Shown here piece by piece: positions 27,815 through 36,609 of a stretch of DNA of 64,000 nucleotides (positions are counted from its first letter, which is position 1; every line of letters begins with the position of its first letter). Under the pieces are notes generated by a model. That model did no database searches. It had not been told where the DNA came from and saw only the letters and a program-made list of their open reading frames with translations. The translations under genes and the position numbers were made by a program. Source of the DNA: Deltaproteobacteria bacterium (GTDB lineage: Bacteria > Myxococcota_A > Polyangia > Polyangiales > JADJMO01); assembly GCA_025363655.1 (NCBI GenBank), contig JANYDK010000037.1:6191-70190 (forward strand), given 5' to 3'.

Positions 27815-28711
27815 ATGGCGGCGAAGAAGACTCCGAAGCGACGCGCTCCCGTGAAGAAGGCGACGAAGAAGCCGATCGCGAAGAAGCCCGTCGCGAAGAC
27901 GAGGCCTGTCGCGAAGAAGAAGCCTGTCGCGAAGAAGAAGCCCGTCGCGAAGAAGCCCGTCGCGAAGAAAAAGCCGGTCGCGACGAAGACTGCGAAGAAG
28001 CCGGTCGCAGCGCCCAGGCCGGCGCGGCCGAAGATTCTGCGACGTGGAGCACAGTCTGGCGTGCATCGCGCGGCTTCGTTCGATGAGGCGCCGGTCTCGT
28101 CACGGCCGGCGCCGACGCTCGCCGATGTGCGCGCCTCGGCCGAGGGAGGGCTCGCCGAGGCGCAATTGGAGCTCGGTCGCGACCTCTTCTGGTCGGAGGA
28201 CGGTGATCCGCTGGAGGCCGTGCAGTGGCTCGAGCGCGCGTCGGCGACGTTGCCCGAGGCGCTCTACGTGCTCGGTTTCATCTACTACCAAGGGCGCGGG
28301 CTGGTGCTCGCCGATCCAGCGCGTTCGCGATCGTTGCATCACGCGGCTGCCGACGCCGGCATCGCCGACGCTCAGTTCGAGCTCTCGATCTACCTCGACA
28401 AAGGCATCGGCGGCGCCGTCGATCGCGAGGGCGCGCGCGTGTGGGAGCGACGCGCGGCCGAGCAGTCGCATCCGCGAGCATGCCTCAACCTCGCGGTGTG
28501 GGCAGCGACGGGAAAATACGGCCCCGTCGAGATGGAGCGCGCCGTCGAATGGTACGGGCGCGCGGCCGACAACGGCAGCGCCGAAGCGGCTTCACGCCTC
28601 GCCATCATGTATCTCCACGGCGTCGGCGTGCCCAAGGACGAGGAGCGCGGACGCTCGTGGTTCGAGCACGCGGCCTCGCTCGGGTACGACTGGACGACGC
28701 GGATGAAATAG
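27815..28711 (+). CDS. Sel1-repeat protein with histone H1-like Lys/Pro/Ala repeat N-terminus
   Basis: N-terminal about 70 aa of KKPVAKK repeats. Then at least four Sel1-type repeats (AEAQLELGRDLF, ALYVLGFIYYQGRG, ADAQFELSIYLDKG, AEAASRLAIMYLHGVGVPKDEERGRSWFEHAA). No signal peptide. Confidence 0.8.
   Translation: MAAKKTPKRRAPVKKATKKPIAKKPVAKTRPVAKKKPVAKKKPVAKKPVAKKKPVATKTAKKPVAAPRPARPKILRRGAQSGVHRAASFDEAPVSSRPAPTLADVRASAEGGLAEAQLELGRDLFWSEDGDPLEAVQWLERASATLPEALYVLGFIYYQGRGLVLADPARSRSLHHAAADAGIADAQFELSIYLDKGIGGAVDREGARVWERRAAEQSHPRACLNLAVWAATGKYGPVEMERAVEWYGRAADNGSAEAASRLAIMYLHGVGVPKDEERGRSWFEHAASLGYDWTTRMK
27851..28010. repeat. In-frame 15/18-bp AAGAAGCCNGTCGCG-type repeats
   Basis: Encodes (K)KKPVA units about 10 times. 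Confidence 0.75.
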
Positions 28712-28760
28712 TCGCGCCGAGGAGACGGACCCTGCCGCGGAACCTTGATAGGCTCCCGGA

Positions 28761-29336
28761 ATGTCGCGTCTTTCCCGCTTCGGCGTGCTCGTGCTCGCGT
28801 GTCTCGCCGCCTCCTCGCTCGCGCCTCGCGCCGGCGCCGACCTGATTCCTCCCGAAGTCAGCGGCTGCAGCGGCAAGAGCGCCGGCGACGGTTGCAAGAT
28901 GGACGGCGGCGGCAGCGGGAAGTGCGCCAAATCGACCTGCAGCAAGCTCGATTACAGCCAAGGCACGCCGCCCAAGTCGAAGACCTACGACTGCCTCAAG
29001 TGCGCGACAGGCGCAGCGCCGACGCCCTCACCGGTCCCCTCGCCCGCTCCGTCCCCCGCGCCTTCCCCTGCGCCTTCCCCTGCGCCTTCCCCCGCGCCTT
29101 CCCCCGCGCCTTCCCCCGCTCCGTCCCCCGCTCCGTCCCCCGCGCCTTCCCCGACGCCGGCGCCGAAGACCGCTCCCTCTTCGACCGACGCCGCCAAAGA
29201 CGGTGGAAGCAAGGGCTGTTCGATGGATTCGACAGGCGTTGGTTCGTCGTCGACTTGGGCGTGGCCTTGGGTCGCCGCGGCCGTCGTCGTCTTCGTTCGT
29301 CGACGCCGTGGCGAAGGCCGCGGCAAAATCGAGTGA
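28761..29336 (+). CDS. Secreted Cys-rich protein with (SPAP)n linker and MYXO-CTERM-like tail
   Basis: Signal peptide, Cys-rich head (CSGKSAGDGCKMDGGGSGKCAKSTCSKLD...CLKC), about 12 SPAP units, tail GCSMD...WVAAAVVVFVRRRR. Confidence 0.7.
   Translation: MSRLSRFGVLVLACLAASSLAPRAGADLIPPEVSGCSGKSAGDGCKMDGGGSGKCAKSTCSKLDYSQGTPPKSKTYDCLKCATGAAPTPSPVPSPAPSPAPSPAPSPAPSPAPSPAPSPAPSPAPSPAPSPTPAPKTAPSSTDAAKDGGSKGCSMDSTGVGSSSTWAWPWVAAAVVVFVRRRRGEGRGKIE
29024..29165. repeat. 12-bp tandem repeat (TCCCCCGCGCCT-like) encoding (SPAP)n
   Basis: About 11 near-identical 12-bp units, in frame inside the CDS. Confidence 0.85.
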
Positions 29337-29378
29337 ATGCGGCGGCGCGCCGTCCGTCAGGGTAACCTGAGCCTCTCC

Positions 29379-29636
29379 ATGCATTTGGTCCGGGTCTTCT
29401 CCGCCATCGTCCTCGCGCTCGGGGTCTTGGTGTTCGCTGCCTGCGGACGGTTCGCGCAGTGCGAGGCGCAGGACGCCAACGGCTTCTCGACCACCTGCTC
29501 CGGCCCCGCCGGCTACGTGTGGACCGGCCACGGCTGCATCTGGACCCGCGCCTGCAACTGCACCGGCGACGACTGCGGCACGCTCTACCAAAGCCAGGAA
29601 ATCTGCGAGACGACGCACGCGCACTGCGGGCCCTGA
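29379..29636 (+). CDS. Small Cys-rich lipoprotein
   Basis: Lipobox VLVFAAC and 9 Cys in about 65 mature residues (CEAQ...CSGPAGYVWTGHGCIWTRACNCTGDDCG...CETTHAHC). Alternative ATG at 29337 abuts the upstream stop. Confidence 0.55.
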   Translation: MHLVRVFSAIVLALGVLVFAACGRFAQCEAQDANGFSTTCSGPAGYVWTGHGCIWTRACNCTGDDCGTLYQSQEICETTHAHCGP

Positions 29637-29652
29637 GCCCATCGTCGCTCAG
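29633..29652. terminator. Hairpin CTGAGC-N8-GCTCAG embedding both convergent stop codons
   Basis: 6-bp stem. The plus-strand TGA (29634-29636) and the minus-strand TGA (29649-29651) lie in opposite arms. Confidence 0.4.
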
Positions 29653-30962
29653 CGATAGACGAAGCGCTCCGCATCGAAGTCCGAATAGGTGTGCGCTCCC
29701 CCGCTGCCGCGTTGCAGATGGCAGGGAGCAGGCGGGATCGGCGTGCAGGTGACGAGGAGCGACTGCGCCTTGCTCCAGGCCTCGGAATGAAACGAGAGCT
29801 GCGCCGAGGCGAGTGTCTCGAGAACGCCCCGCGAGACCGTCAGGAGATCGAAATAATCGCGTCCGTCGGCGGGGCTCGTGAGCTTGTCGAAGGTGACGGC
29901 GCGGATGACGAGATCGGGAATCGCGCGATCGTGGACCGCGTGCGTGGAGAACGAGAGGAGCTCGCTGGTGCCGGCGTCGCCCTTTTCGTCGCCCTTTTCG
30001 TTGAACGCAGTCTGCATGATCATCCAGCGCGTCCCGAGGACCACCTCGCCGTTCGCCTCATCGTCGAGCACCGCCAGCGCGTGACGATCGACGCGGTAAT
30101 TTCCGAAGATCTGCGTGAATGCGAGGTGGACGACGGACTCGGCGGCGGCGTCGGCGTCGAGCTGGACGATCGTCCGCGCGGCCGACTTCAAGGTCGCCAT
30201 GTGCGCGGTCTGGCGTGCGCGCTCGGGGAAACCGAGGTCGTCGAGGAAGGCAGCGGCGGCGGCGTGATCCGACGAGAGCGACGCCAACAGGGCATCGAGC
30301 TTCTCGCCGTGCACCTTCGGAACCTTCCCCGAAGGCGCAGCGATCGTCGGTGCCGGTCCCCACAGCTCGAGCTCGGCGATGCAAGCGTCGTCGACCTTCG
30401 TGCCCTTCGTCGACGCGAGGACGCGCGCACGAATCGTCTTGGCGACGGTCCCTTCGGGCAGCGTCAGCGAGGCTTCGCCCTTGCCCGCATCGATCGGCAA
30501 ATCGAGCTCTTTTCCCGTACCACCGCCATCGAGCACGAGCTGCACCCGGGTGACGCGTCCGTGCAGCGACGCCGACTTCGCGTCTTCGAAGAGTCGCAGC
30601 CCGAGGCCCGCGCGGAGTCGTACGCGCGCGAGCGTTTGCGGATTCGCCAGCTCGGCCTCGACCCACGCGTCAGCGGGCTTCGGCGCGCACCATCCCCCCG
30701 CGGGGTCACCATCGAAGGCGTGCTCGGCGAAGTGCTCTCTGCCAGGATCGTTCGTCTCGCTCGACGCGCGCGTGATCGCGACGGGAAGGCGCACGAGGGG
30801 ACGCGGGCCGGACGGGAGGATGGCGCCGCTGCTCGATGGGGTCGCGTTGGAAGTGGAGGCGATACTGGGATTCGTGCTCGAGCTCGGAGAAGGTGCAGCC
30901 GTCGGAGCGCTCCCACGATCACACCCGAGCACGACGATCGAGAGCCCGAGTAGGGCACGCAT
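29649..30962 (-). CDS. Lipoprotein with discoidin (F5/8 type C)-like domain
   Basis: Lipobox SIVVLGC. ASSE...HAFDGDPAGGWCAP...AWVEAELANPQTLARVRL resembles the discoidin-domain signature. ATG 30962 shares one base with the upstream stop (TGATG). Confidence 0.65.
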   Translation of the reverse strand: MRALLGLSIVVLGCDRGSAPTAAPSPSSSTNPSIASTSNATPSSSGAILPSGPRPLVRLPVAITRASSETNDPGREHFAEHAFDGDPAGGWCAPKPADAWVEAELANPQTLARVRLRAGLGLRLFEDAKSASLHGRVTRVQLVLDGGGTGKELDLPIDAGKGEASLTLPEGTVAKTIRARVLASTKGTKVDDACIAELELWGPAPTIAAPSGKVPKVHGEKLDALLASLSSDHAAAAAFLDDLGFPERARQTAHMATLKSAARTIVQLDADAAAESVVHLAFTQIFGNYRVDRHALAVLDDEANGEVVLGTRWMIMQTAFNEKGDEKGDAGTSELLSFSTHAVHDRAIPDLVIRAVTFDKLTSPADGRDYFDLLTVSRGVLETLASAQLSFHSEAWSKAQSLLVTCTPIPPAPCHLQRGSGGAHTYSDFDAERFVYR

Positions 30963-31861
30963 CAGAGGCACGGATCGGGCTCCTTCGCGTCCGCGCCTTC
31001 GGCGGTCTCCGACTGCCACTCGAAGCTGCACGCCGCGCCGGAAGGGCGGAGATTGCGGCCGAATTTCCGCCACGGGATGGTGACGCCGCATTCGAGGGTG
31101 AAGGTGTAAGTCGAAAGGGAGGTGGTCGTGAGCACCCTAAGGCCCGTCGGGAGGAGCACGAAGACGCTCGGGTCGCACAGCGCCTCGGCGGTCGGCTTCT
31201 GCCCGTCCGTAAGCCCATCGTGCTCGGGCAGCCCCCCGGCTGGAACCTCGCTCTTGCACAGCGCCGTCGTCAACGCAGCTGGGTCTTTCACGTCGTCACG
31301 CATCAGGCGCGCGAGCGTGATCGGGATCGGATCGCCCTCGGGCTCGAGCCACTCGTAGCTGTTCACCTCGAGCGTGCCGCTGATGTAACCGTCCGGACTG
31401 CGGCTCTCGGGTGGCGCGACCACGTAGCTGTCGACGGCCATGCACCACCACGACGCGACGCGGGTGGTGACGACCCCTTCGCTGCACATCTGACGCTCGG
31501 TCTTGATGTTGGAGTCCTTCGGCGGGGGAGGCTTCAGGAAGCTGGCGAACCGCATCCCGAGGAGTCGTCCACTGACGCCGAGGTCGAAATCGAACGCGGT
31601 CGAGTCGTCTTGCTCGACGATGGAGTGGGTGTTGAGGAGGGGCAGACGAATCGCCGGCCCTGCGAGCGGCAACTGCTGCCCGAGCTCGGCATGGGCCGGC
31701 TCTTTCGACGAGCTCGACGGCTTCGACGCCGGCTTCGTCGCGGACGATGACGAAACACTCGCCACGCTCGCGCCGCCCGCAGTCGGCGTCGTCTCGGGCG
31801 CCGTCTTCTTGCTGCACGCCATCGGCAAGAGCAGCAGCACACCCCATCGCTCGAATCTCAT
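30962..31861 (-). CDS. Lipoprotein, unknown function
   Basis: Lipobox LLLPMAC and a Ser/Pro/Thr linker. The start lies 15 nt after the radical SAM stop, with a GGGGG Shine-Dalgarno-like run. Confidence 0.6.
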   Translation of the reverse strand: MRFERWGVLLLLPMACSKKTAPETTPTAGGASVASVSSSSATKPASKPSSSSKEPAHAELGQQLPLAGPAIRLPLLNTHSIVEQDDSTAFDFDLGVSGRLLGMRFASFLKPPPPKDSNIKTERQMCSEGVVTTRVASWWCMAVDSYVVAPPESRSPDGYISGTLEVNSYEWLEPEGDPIPITLARLMRDDVKDPAALTTALCKSEVPAGGLPEHDGLTDGQKPTAEALCDPSVFVLLPTGLRVLTTTSLSTYTFTLECGVTIPWRKFGRNLRPSGAACSFEWQSETAEGADAKEPDPCL

Positions 31862-31876
31862 GCCGACCCCCGAGAG

Positions 31877-33862
31877 CTACGCCACGATCGGCAAACGACG
31901 ACGACGCTGGGATTCTTCCTCCATCTTCACGGCGGAGGCAGGCAACGTCACCGTGCCGAGTGCGTCGGGGAGCGGCAAATTCTGCCCTTTTGCGTACACC
32001 GGGTGACGACCTTGGGTGCGGTACCACTCGGCGACGGAGGCGTTGGCCTTCATCTTCTCGATGACGTTTCGCCAACCGACGCCGGTGTTGTACGCGCAGA
32101 AGCTGATCTCCCCCATCTGCGTGCCGTAGGGGATGATGCACATTTCGGTGCGACGGAAATCGTAGTTGAAGAGATCTTGGAACCACATGCCGGCGACGAA
32201 GAGGACGCGCCACTCGAAGTCGCTGGAGTCGCTCTCGTGCTCGCCGACCTTCTTTCCACGCGCGCCGGTCTGGCTGAGGAACTGCTTCACCAAATCGAAG
32301 AAGCCGTAGCCGGGAGGCGCCTTCTTGGCGTCGAAGTTCTTCAAGAGGGCGACCACCAGCTCGGCGAGCGTGAGCGCGCGGCCGTGGCTGGCGTCGGTGA
32401 TGTCTTGCAAGTCGACGAGGAGCTGCTCGAGGTCGAGGAACTTGGTGAGCGGCACCATCTCCTTCGTCCGCTTGTTGACGAACAGCACCGTGCCGATGCC
32501 GCAGTTGGGATGACAGCCGCACTTCATCGAGCCCCAGTCGGCGCCTTCGCCGAGGAGCTGATCGGTGACGTCGCTGAAGGGGCCCATCGCCGAGAGCGGG
32601 AACCAATCGCGGTGCGGCTCGATGAAGCCGGTCTGCGTCTTCAGGTCGTGCGCGAGGTGACTGAGGGTGTAGCGCTGCGCCGTGCGCACCTCGTCGGTGA
32701 CGTCCTCGTCGCGACCGGTGAAGCTCACCGGTTGAAAGCTCACGACCGTCACTTTGTCGGCGTTTTCCACGGCGAATTCGACGATCGGGCCGACCTGATC
32801 GTTGTTCACGCCGTTGGCGACGGTGACCACCAAGATGACGTCGACGCCGGCGGCGTGCAGGTGCTCGATGGCGCGCTTCTTCACGTCGAAGAGGTTGCCC
32901 ACCTTGCGATGCGCGTTGGCCTCGTTGGTGACGCCGTCGAACTGCAAGTACGCCATGCGGAGGCCGGCTGCCTTCGCCTCTTTCGCGAACTCCGGCTCTT
33001 GCGCGAAGCGAACGCCGTTGGTGGCGCACTGCACCGCGAAATATCCGAGCTGACGCGCGTAGCGAATGGCACGTAAGAAGTGTGGCGAGAGCGTCGGCTC
33101 GCCCCCCGAGAACTGTACGCTCATCTGCCGACGTGGCTCGATGGTCATCGAATCATCGAGAATTTTCGCGATTTCGTCCCACTCCAGCTCGTGCACATAG
33201 CCGACCTGGTTGGCGTCCATGAAGCACGGATCGCACATCATGTTGCAGCGGTTGGTGAGGTCGACGGTGAGCACCGAGCCGCGGCCGTACTTCACGCTCG
33301 ACGAGCCGTGATTGCGCAGCTCGCTGACCGGCGCGAGAAAATCGCGTCCCGGATAGAGCCGCTCGATGCGCGCGAGGAACGTCGGGTCCATCGCCATCAC
33401 GTCCTCGAAGCGCCCGTGCGTCGGACACTCCTTCACCATCCAGATCTTCCCGTCGCGCTCGATGATCTCGGCGCGAATCTCCCCTGGCTTGCCGTCGATC
33501 AGCTCACGCAGATCGCGCTCGCCGGCGAGGATGGCAGTGCGCACTTCCTTGACGCAACGCGGGCAGAGTGAATCGGTGGTGCGCGGCCAACCGAGCTGCG
33601 GATAGGTGCGCTCGCTCCGACGAAGCAGCGGCGCCGGCGCCCACTTCGGATGCAACGGCGCTCCCGGAAAAGCCTCGTTGAGCTTCTGCACCAGCGGCCA
33701 GGCGAGGCTCGCGGCCTTCTGCATCGCGCCTTCGATCGCGAGCGCGAGGCCCGACGCGGCCGTGGGATTTTCCGTCTCGAGGAGGGAGGCGACCCCGACC
33801 GAAAAGCGCTTCGCGTCGGACGCCGGAGACCGCATTGGCAGAGGTTCGTGCGCGTTGCTCAT
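31877..33862 (-). CDS. Radical SAM protein, COG1964 / MJ0619 / tetraether-lipid-synthase (Tes)-like architecture
   Basis: N-terminal zinc ribbon CPRC...ECPTHG, radical SAM CNMMCDPC, SAM-binding VQFSGGEPT, C-terminal MCIIPYGTQMGEISFCAYN. ATG 33862 chosen; the upstream 106 codons are low-complexity. Confidence 0.85.
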   Translation of the reverse strand: MSNAHEPLPMRSPASDAKRFSVGVASLLETENPTAASGLALAIEGAMQKAASLAWPLVQKLNEAFPGAPLHPKWAPAPLLRRSERTYPQLGWPRTTDSLCPRCVKEVRTAILAGERDLRELIDGKPGEIRAEIIERDGKIWMVKECPTHGRFEDVMAMDPTFLARIERLYPGRDFLAPVSELRNHGSSSVKYGRGSVLTVDLTNRCNMMCDPCFMDANQVGYVHELEWDEIAKILDDSMTIEPRRQMSVQFSGGEPTLSPHFLRAIRYARQLGYFAVQCATNGVRFAQEPEFAKEAKAAGLRMAYLQFDGVTNEANAHRKVGNLFDVKKRAIEHLHAAGVDVILVVTVANGVNNDQVGPIVEFAVENADKVTVVSFQPVSFTGRDEDVTDEVRTAQRYTLSHLAHDLKTQTGFIEPHRDWFPLSAMGPFSDVTDQLLGEGADWGSMKCGCHPNCGIGTVLFVNKRTKEMVPLTKFLDLEQLLVDLQDITDASHGRALTLAELVVALLKNFDAKKAPPGYGFFDLVKQFLSQTGARGKKVGEHESDSSDFEWRVLFVAGMWFQDLFNYDFRRTEMCIIPYGTQMGEISFCAYNTGVGWRNVIEKMKANASVAEWYRTQGRHPVYAKGQNLPLPDALGTVTLPASAVKMEEESQRRRRLPIVA

Positions 33863-33962
33863 CGGGCGGGATGTTGGAGGCGCGGGCGCCCCAGCGCAAG
33901 TCACGCGAGGTGTGGCGAACAGCCCCATTGACCCCGGGCTGAGGCCGCGGAACGCAGCCAAA

Positions 33963-34448
33963 ATGCCCCCCGGACCTCGACCAGTGTTTGCCCTTCCCGC
34001 GCTCGCGCTCCTCGGCCTCGTCTTGGTCGGCTGCGCAACGACGGCATCGTCCTCGCTGCCGCCCTCCCTCTCGCCCTCGCCCTCGCCACCGCCCTCGGGC
34101 CGACGGATGAGGACCATCACGCTGAAAGAGATCGGCACGTCCATCGTCGGCGCCCTTCCGACGGAGGTCGTGAAGCGCATCGTCCGCCAACATTTTTCGG
34201 CTCTTCGTCTCTGCTACGAAGCGGAGCTGAAGAAAGACCCGTCCCTCGCGGGGACCGTCTCGACGGCGCTCCTCATCGACGAGGAGGGTGTCGCCACATC
34301 GGTGGAGGCCAACGGCGGCTCGATGACCAACCCGGCGGTACGGGAGTGCATCGTCAAGGTGTTCGCGTCGATGTCGTTCCCGAAGCCAGAAGGCGGAAAA
34401 GTCAAAGTCACGTATCCAATCGACTTCACGAACCACGATGAGAAGTGA
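33963..34448 (+). CDS. Lipoprotein with AgmX/PglI-type C-terminal domain
   Basis: Lipobox LVLVGC, then LPTEVVKRIVRQHFSALRLCYEAELKKDPSLAGTV...NPAVRECIVKVFASMSFPKPEGGKVKVTYPIDF. Confidence 0.7.
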   Translation: MPPGPRPVFALPALALLGLVLVGCATTASSSLPPSLSPSPSPPPSGRRMRTITLKEIGTSIVGALPTEVVKRIVRQHFSALRLCYEAELKKDPSLAGTVSTALLIDEEGVATSVEANGGSMTNPAVRECIVKVFASMSFPKPEGGKVKVTYPIDFTNHDEK

Positions 34449-34535
34449 TGCACCCGCTCCTACCGTGGCGTTCGAGTGGGACAGGTGTGACCTCGCTGCA
34501 TTGACCAAGCGCACATAGAGAGGAACGCTGAGTGG

Positions 34536-35768
34536 ATGCAGTCGTCCCTTCGCTACCTCGGCCTCGCCAGTCTCGTTCCCTTCGCGTCACTTTTCGTCGC
34601 GTGTGGTCCTGCGCCGACGCCGGCCGTCGGCAAGACGGTGATCGAGAAGAAGATGGCAGCCATCGCCGAGCTCGCCTCGCGCGGCACCTATTTGCCGCCG
34701 CCGATCGACGGCATCACGCTCGCTGCGCACGAGATCGATCTCAAGTTGCCGCGCGGGTGCGTGCCGCTCGACGCGCAGGGCATGCTCGGCGCTGCCAAGT
34801 TCGTCGACGACGCCGAATCCGAGCTCCTCAGCGCGTGCAACATCGTCGGTGATTCTGGCGGTATCGACGGTATCGACGGTATCGACGGGAAGGGCGGCAC
34901 GGGAAAGAAGCCCGTCAAGGTGACGGTGGTGCTCATCCGCCATCGCGTGCAGGTCGAGACCGGTGAGGCCGCGGCCTCGGCGCTCCTGCGTTCGCCGGGT
35001 GTTCTCAGCGCGACGACCACCACCATCACCGGCTCGGCCAACGCCGGTGGAGGTGCGGCGCTCAGCCCCGAGGTCGTCGTCACGCTCAACGCACCGACGG
35101 GTGACGGTGCGCGCCCCGGAACGGCGGTCTGGTACGGCGCGCTCGATGGGCTGTACGTGCTCTATGCCGAGGTCGATGGCGACGCCGAATCGATCGCCGC
35201 GTGGGGCGACGCGCTCACCGGGGCGATCATTCCCGGTGCATCGTCACATCCGATTCGCTGGCGTGCGCCGACGGGACTCGCACCCTCACAGTCGGCCTTC
35301 GGACCGTTCAAGATGAGGTTGCCCGAAACGCTCTCGAAGGTCTCGCACGACCAGCGCACCTTCAACGAGTTCATCGGCGACAGCCGCGATCCTCTCGATC
35401 CACGGGACGGCCAGAAATTCGCCACGCTGCGCGACGAGACCGGATTGGCCGTGGGCGGCAGTGGATTTCGCGTCGCGCCGCTTCCCGGAATCGCTCCCGA
35501 CGCGATGGGCGTCGCCAAGATGTCGGCGACGGCACGTGGCGGCACCGCTCTCACGACCTCGTTCGTCGATGCGCCCATTGGGAAGATCGCGCGCGTCGAT
35601 GCCACGCGACCGAGCGGCGATCACGAGGTCTACGCGGCGTTCATGGAAGGCGGTGAGGTGACGGTGATGCACCTCGTCTTCGCGAAGGAGAAGTGGGCAG
35701 CGTATTCGCCGTGGGTCGACGCCAGCTTCGCGACCGTGACGTTCGGTGGAGACGACGGTCCGTACTGA
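34536..35768 (+). CDS. Lipoprotein, unknown function
   Basis: Lipobox ASLFVAC, high GC3, 410 aa, no motif recognised. Confidence 0.6.
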   Translation: MQSSLRYLGLASLVPFASLFVACGPAPTPAVGKTVIEKKMAAIAELASRGTYLPPPIDGITLAAHEIDLKLPRGCVPLDAQGMLGAAKFVDDAESELLSACNIVGDSGGIDGIDGIDGKGGTGKKPVKVTVVLIRHRVQVETGEAAASALLRSPGVLSATTTTITGSANAGGGAALSPEVVVTLNAPTGDGARPGTAVWYGALDGLYVLYAEVDGDAESIAAWGDALTGAIIPGASSHPIRWRAPTGLAPSQSAFGPFKMRLPETLSKVSHDQRTFNEFIGDSRDPLDPRDGQKFATLRDETGLAVGGSGFRVAPLPGIAPDAMGVAKMSATARGGTALTTSFVDAPIGKIARVDATRPSGDHEVYAAFMEGGEVTVMHLVFAKEKWAAYSPWVDASFATVTFGGDDGPY

Positions 35769-35788
35769 GCTCGTGCTAGCGTCGCCGC

Positions 35789-36580
35789 ATGGCGGAGACG
35801 AAAGCGGAGAAGCGAATCGCATTGGTCACGGGCGCGTCGGCTGGGCTCGGCAAGGAGATCGCCTGCCTGCTCGCGAAAGACGGCCACGACGTCGTTCTCG
35901 TCGCGCGCAGTGAAGACAAGCTCCACGCGCTCGCCGACGAGTTGACCAAGACCCACGGCGTCACGGCGCACGTCGTCGCCGCCGATCTCGCGCAAAAAAA
36001 TGGGCCATCAGGCGTCTTCGCCGAGACCGAGAAGCGCGGCATCGTCGTCGACTTCCTCGTCAACAACGCCGGCTTCGGCTCCAACGGCGCGTTCCTCGAT
36101 CTCGATCTCGCGCGTGAGCTCGAGATGGTGCAGGTCAACGTCACGGCGCTGATCGAGCTCACCCATCTCTACGCGGGGCCGATGCGCGCGCGGAAGTTCG
36201 GCCGGGTGATGAACATCGCCTCGACCGCAGGCTTTCAGCCGGGGCCGTACATGGCGACGTATTACGCCTCGAAGTCGTTCGTCGTGATGTTCAGCGAAGC
36301 GCTGGCCTACGAGCTCGCAGGCACCGGCGTCACGGTCACCTGCCACTGTCCCGGTGCGACCGCGACCGAGTTCGCCAAGGCCGCCGGCAACGACAAAACC
36401 AAGCTCTTCGCCAGTGGCGTCGCCGATGCCAAAGAAGTCGCCCTCCACGCGTACCGCGCGATGATGAAGGGTAAATTGCTCGCGGTGCACGGCGCGATGA
36501 ATTGGATTCAGATGGAATCCCTCCGCATCGCGCCGCGCGCGCTGGTTCGGTCGATCGCCGCCGGTTTGAACAAGGGCTGA
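35789..36580 (+). CDS. Short-chain dehydrogenase/reductase (SDR)
   Basis: TGASAGLGKEIA cofactor motif, NNAG, catalytic YYASK. Confidence 0.9.
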   Translation: MAETKAEKRIALVTGASAGLGKEIACLLAKDGHDVVLVARSEDKLHALADELTKTHGVTAHVVAADLAQKNGPSGVFAETEKRGIVVDFLVNNAGFGSNGAFLDLDLARELEMVQVNVTALIELTHLYAGPMRARKFGRVMNIASTAGFQPGPYMATYYASKSFVVMFSEALAYELAGTGVTVTCHCPGATATEFAKAAGNDKTKLFASGVADAKEVALHAYRAMMKGKLLAVHGAMNWIQMESLRIAPRALVRSIAAGLNKG

Positions 36581-36609
36581 CCGAGCGCGCTCGTCACCCG
36601 CGCCCGCGC

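Noticed and set aside
29024-29165. Possible noncoding tandem repeat or CRISPR-like array
   Set aside because: The 12-bp units are in frame inside a CDS that has a signal peptide and a sorting tail, and they encode an (SPAP)n linker.
31877-34180. N-terminal 106-codon extension of the radical SAM ORF
   Set aside because: The extension is low-complexity (GGGEGEGEREGG) and overlaps the divergent lipoprotein gene and its promoter region. ATG 33862 gives a length and N-terminus consistent with the zinc-ribbon start of the family.
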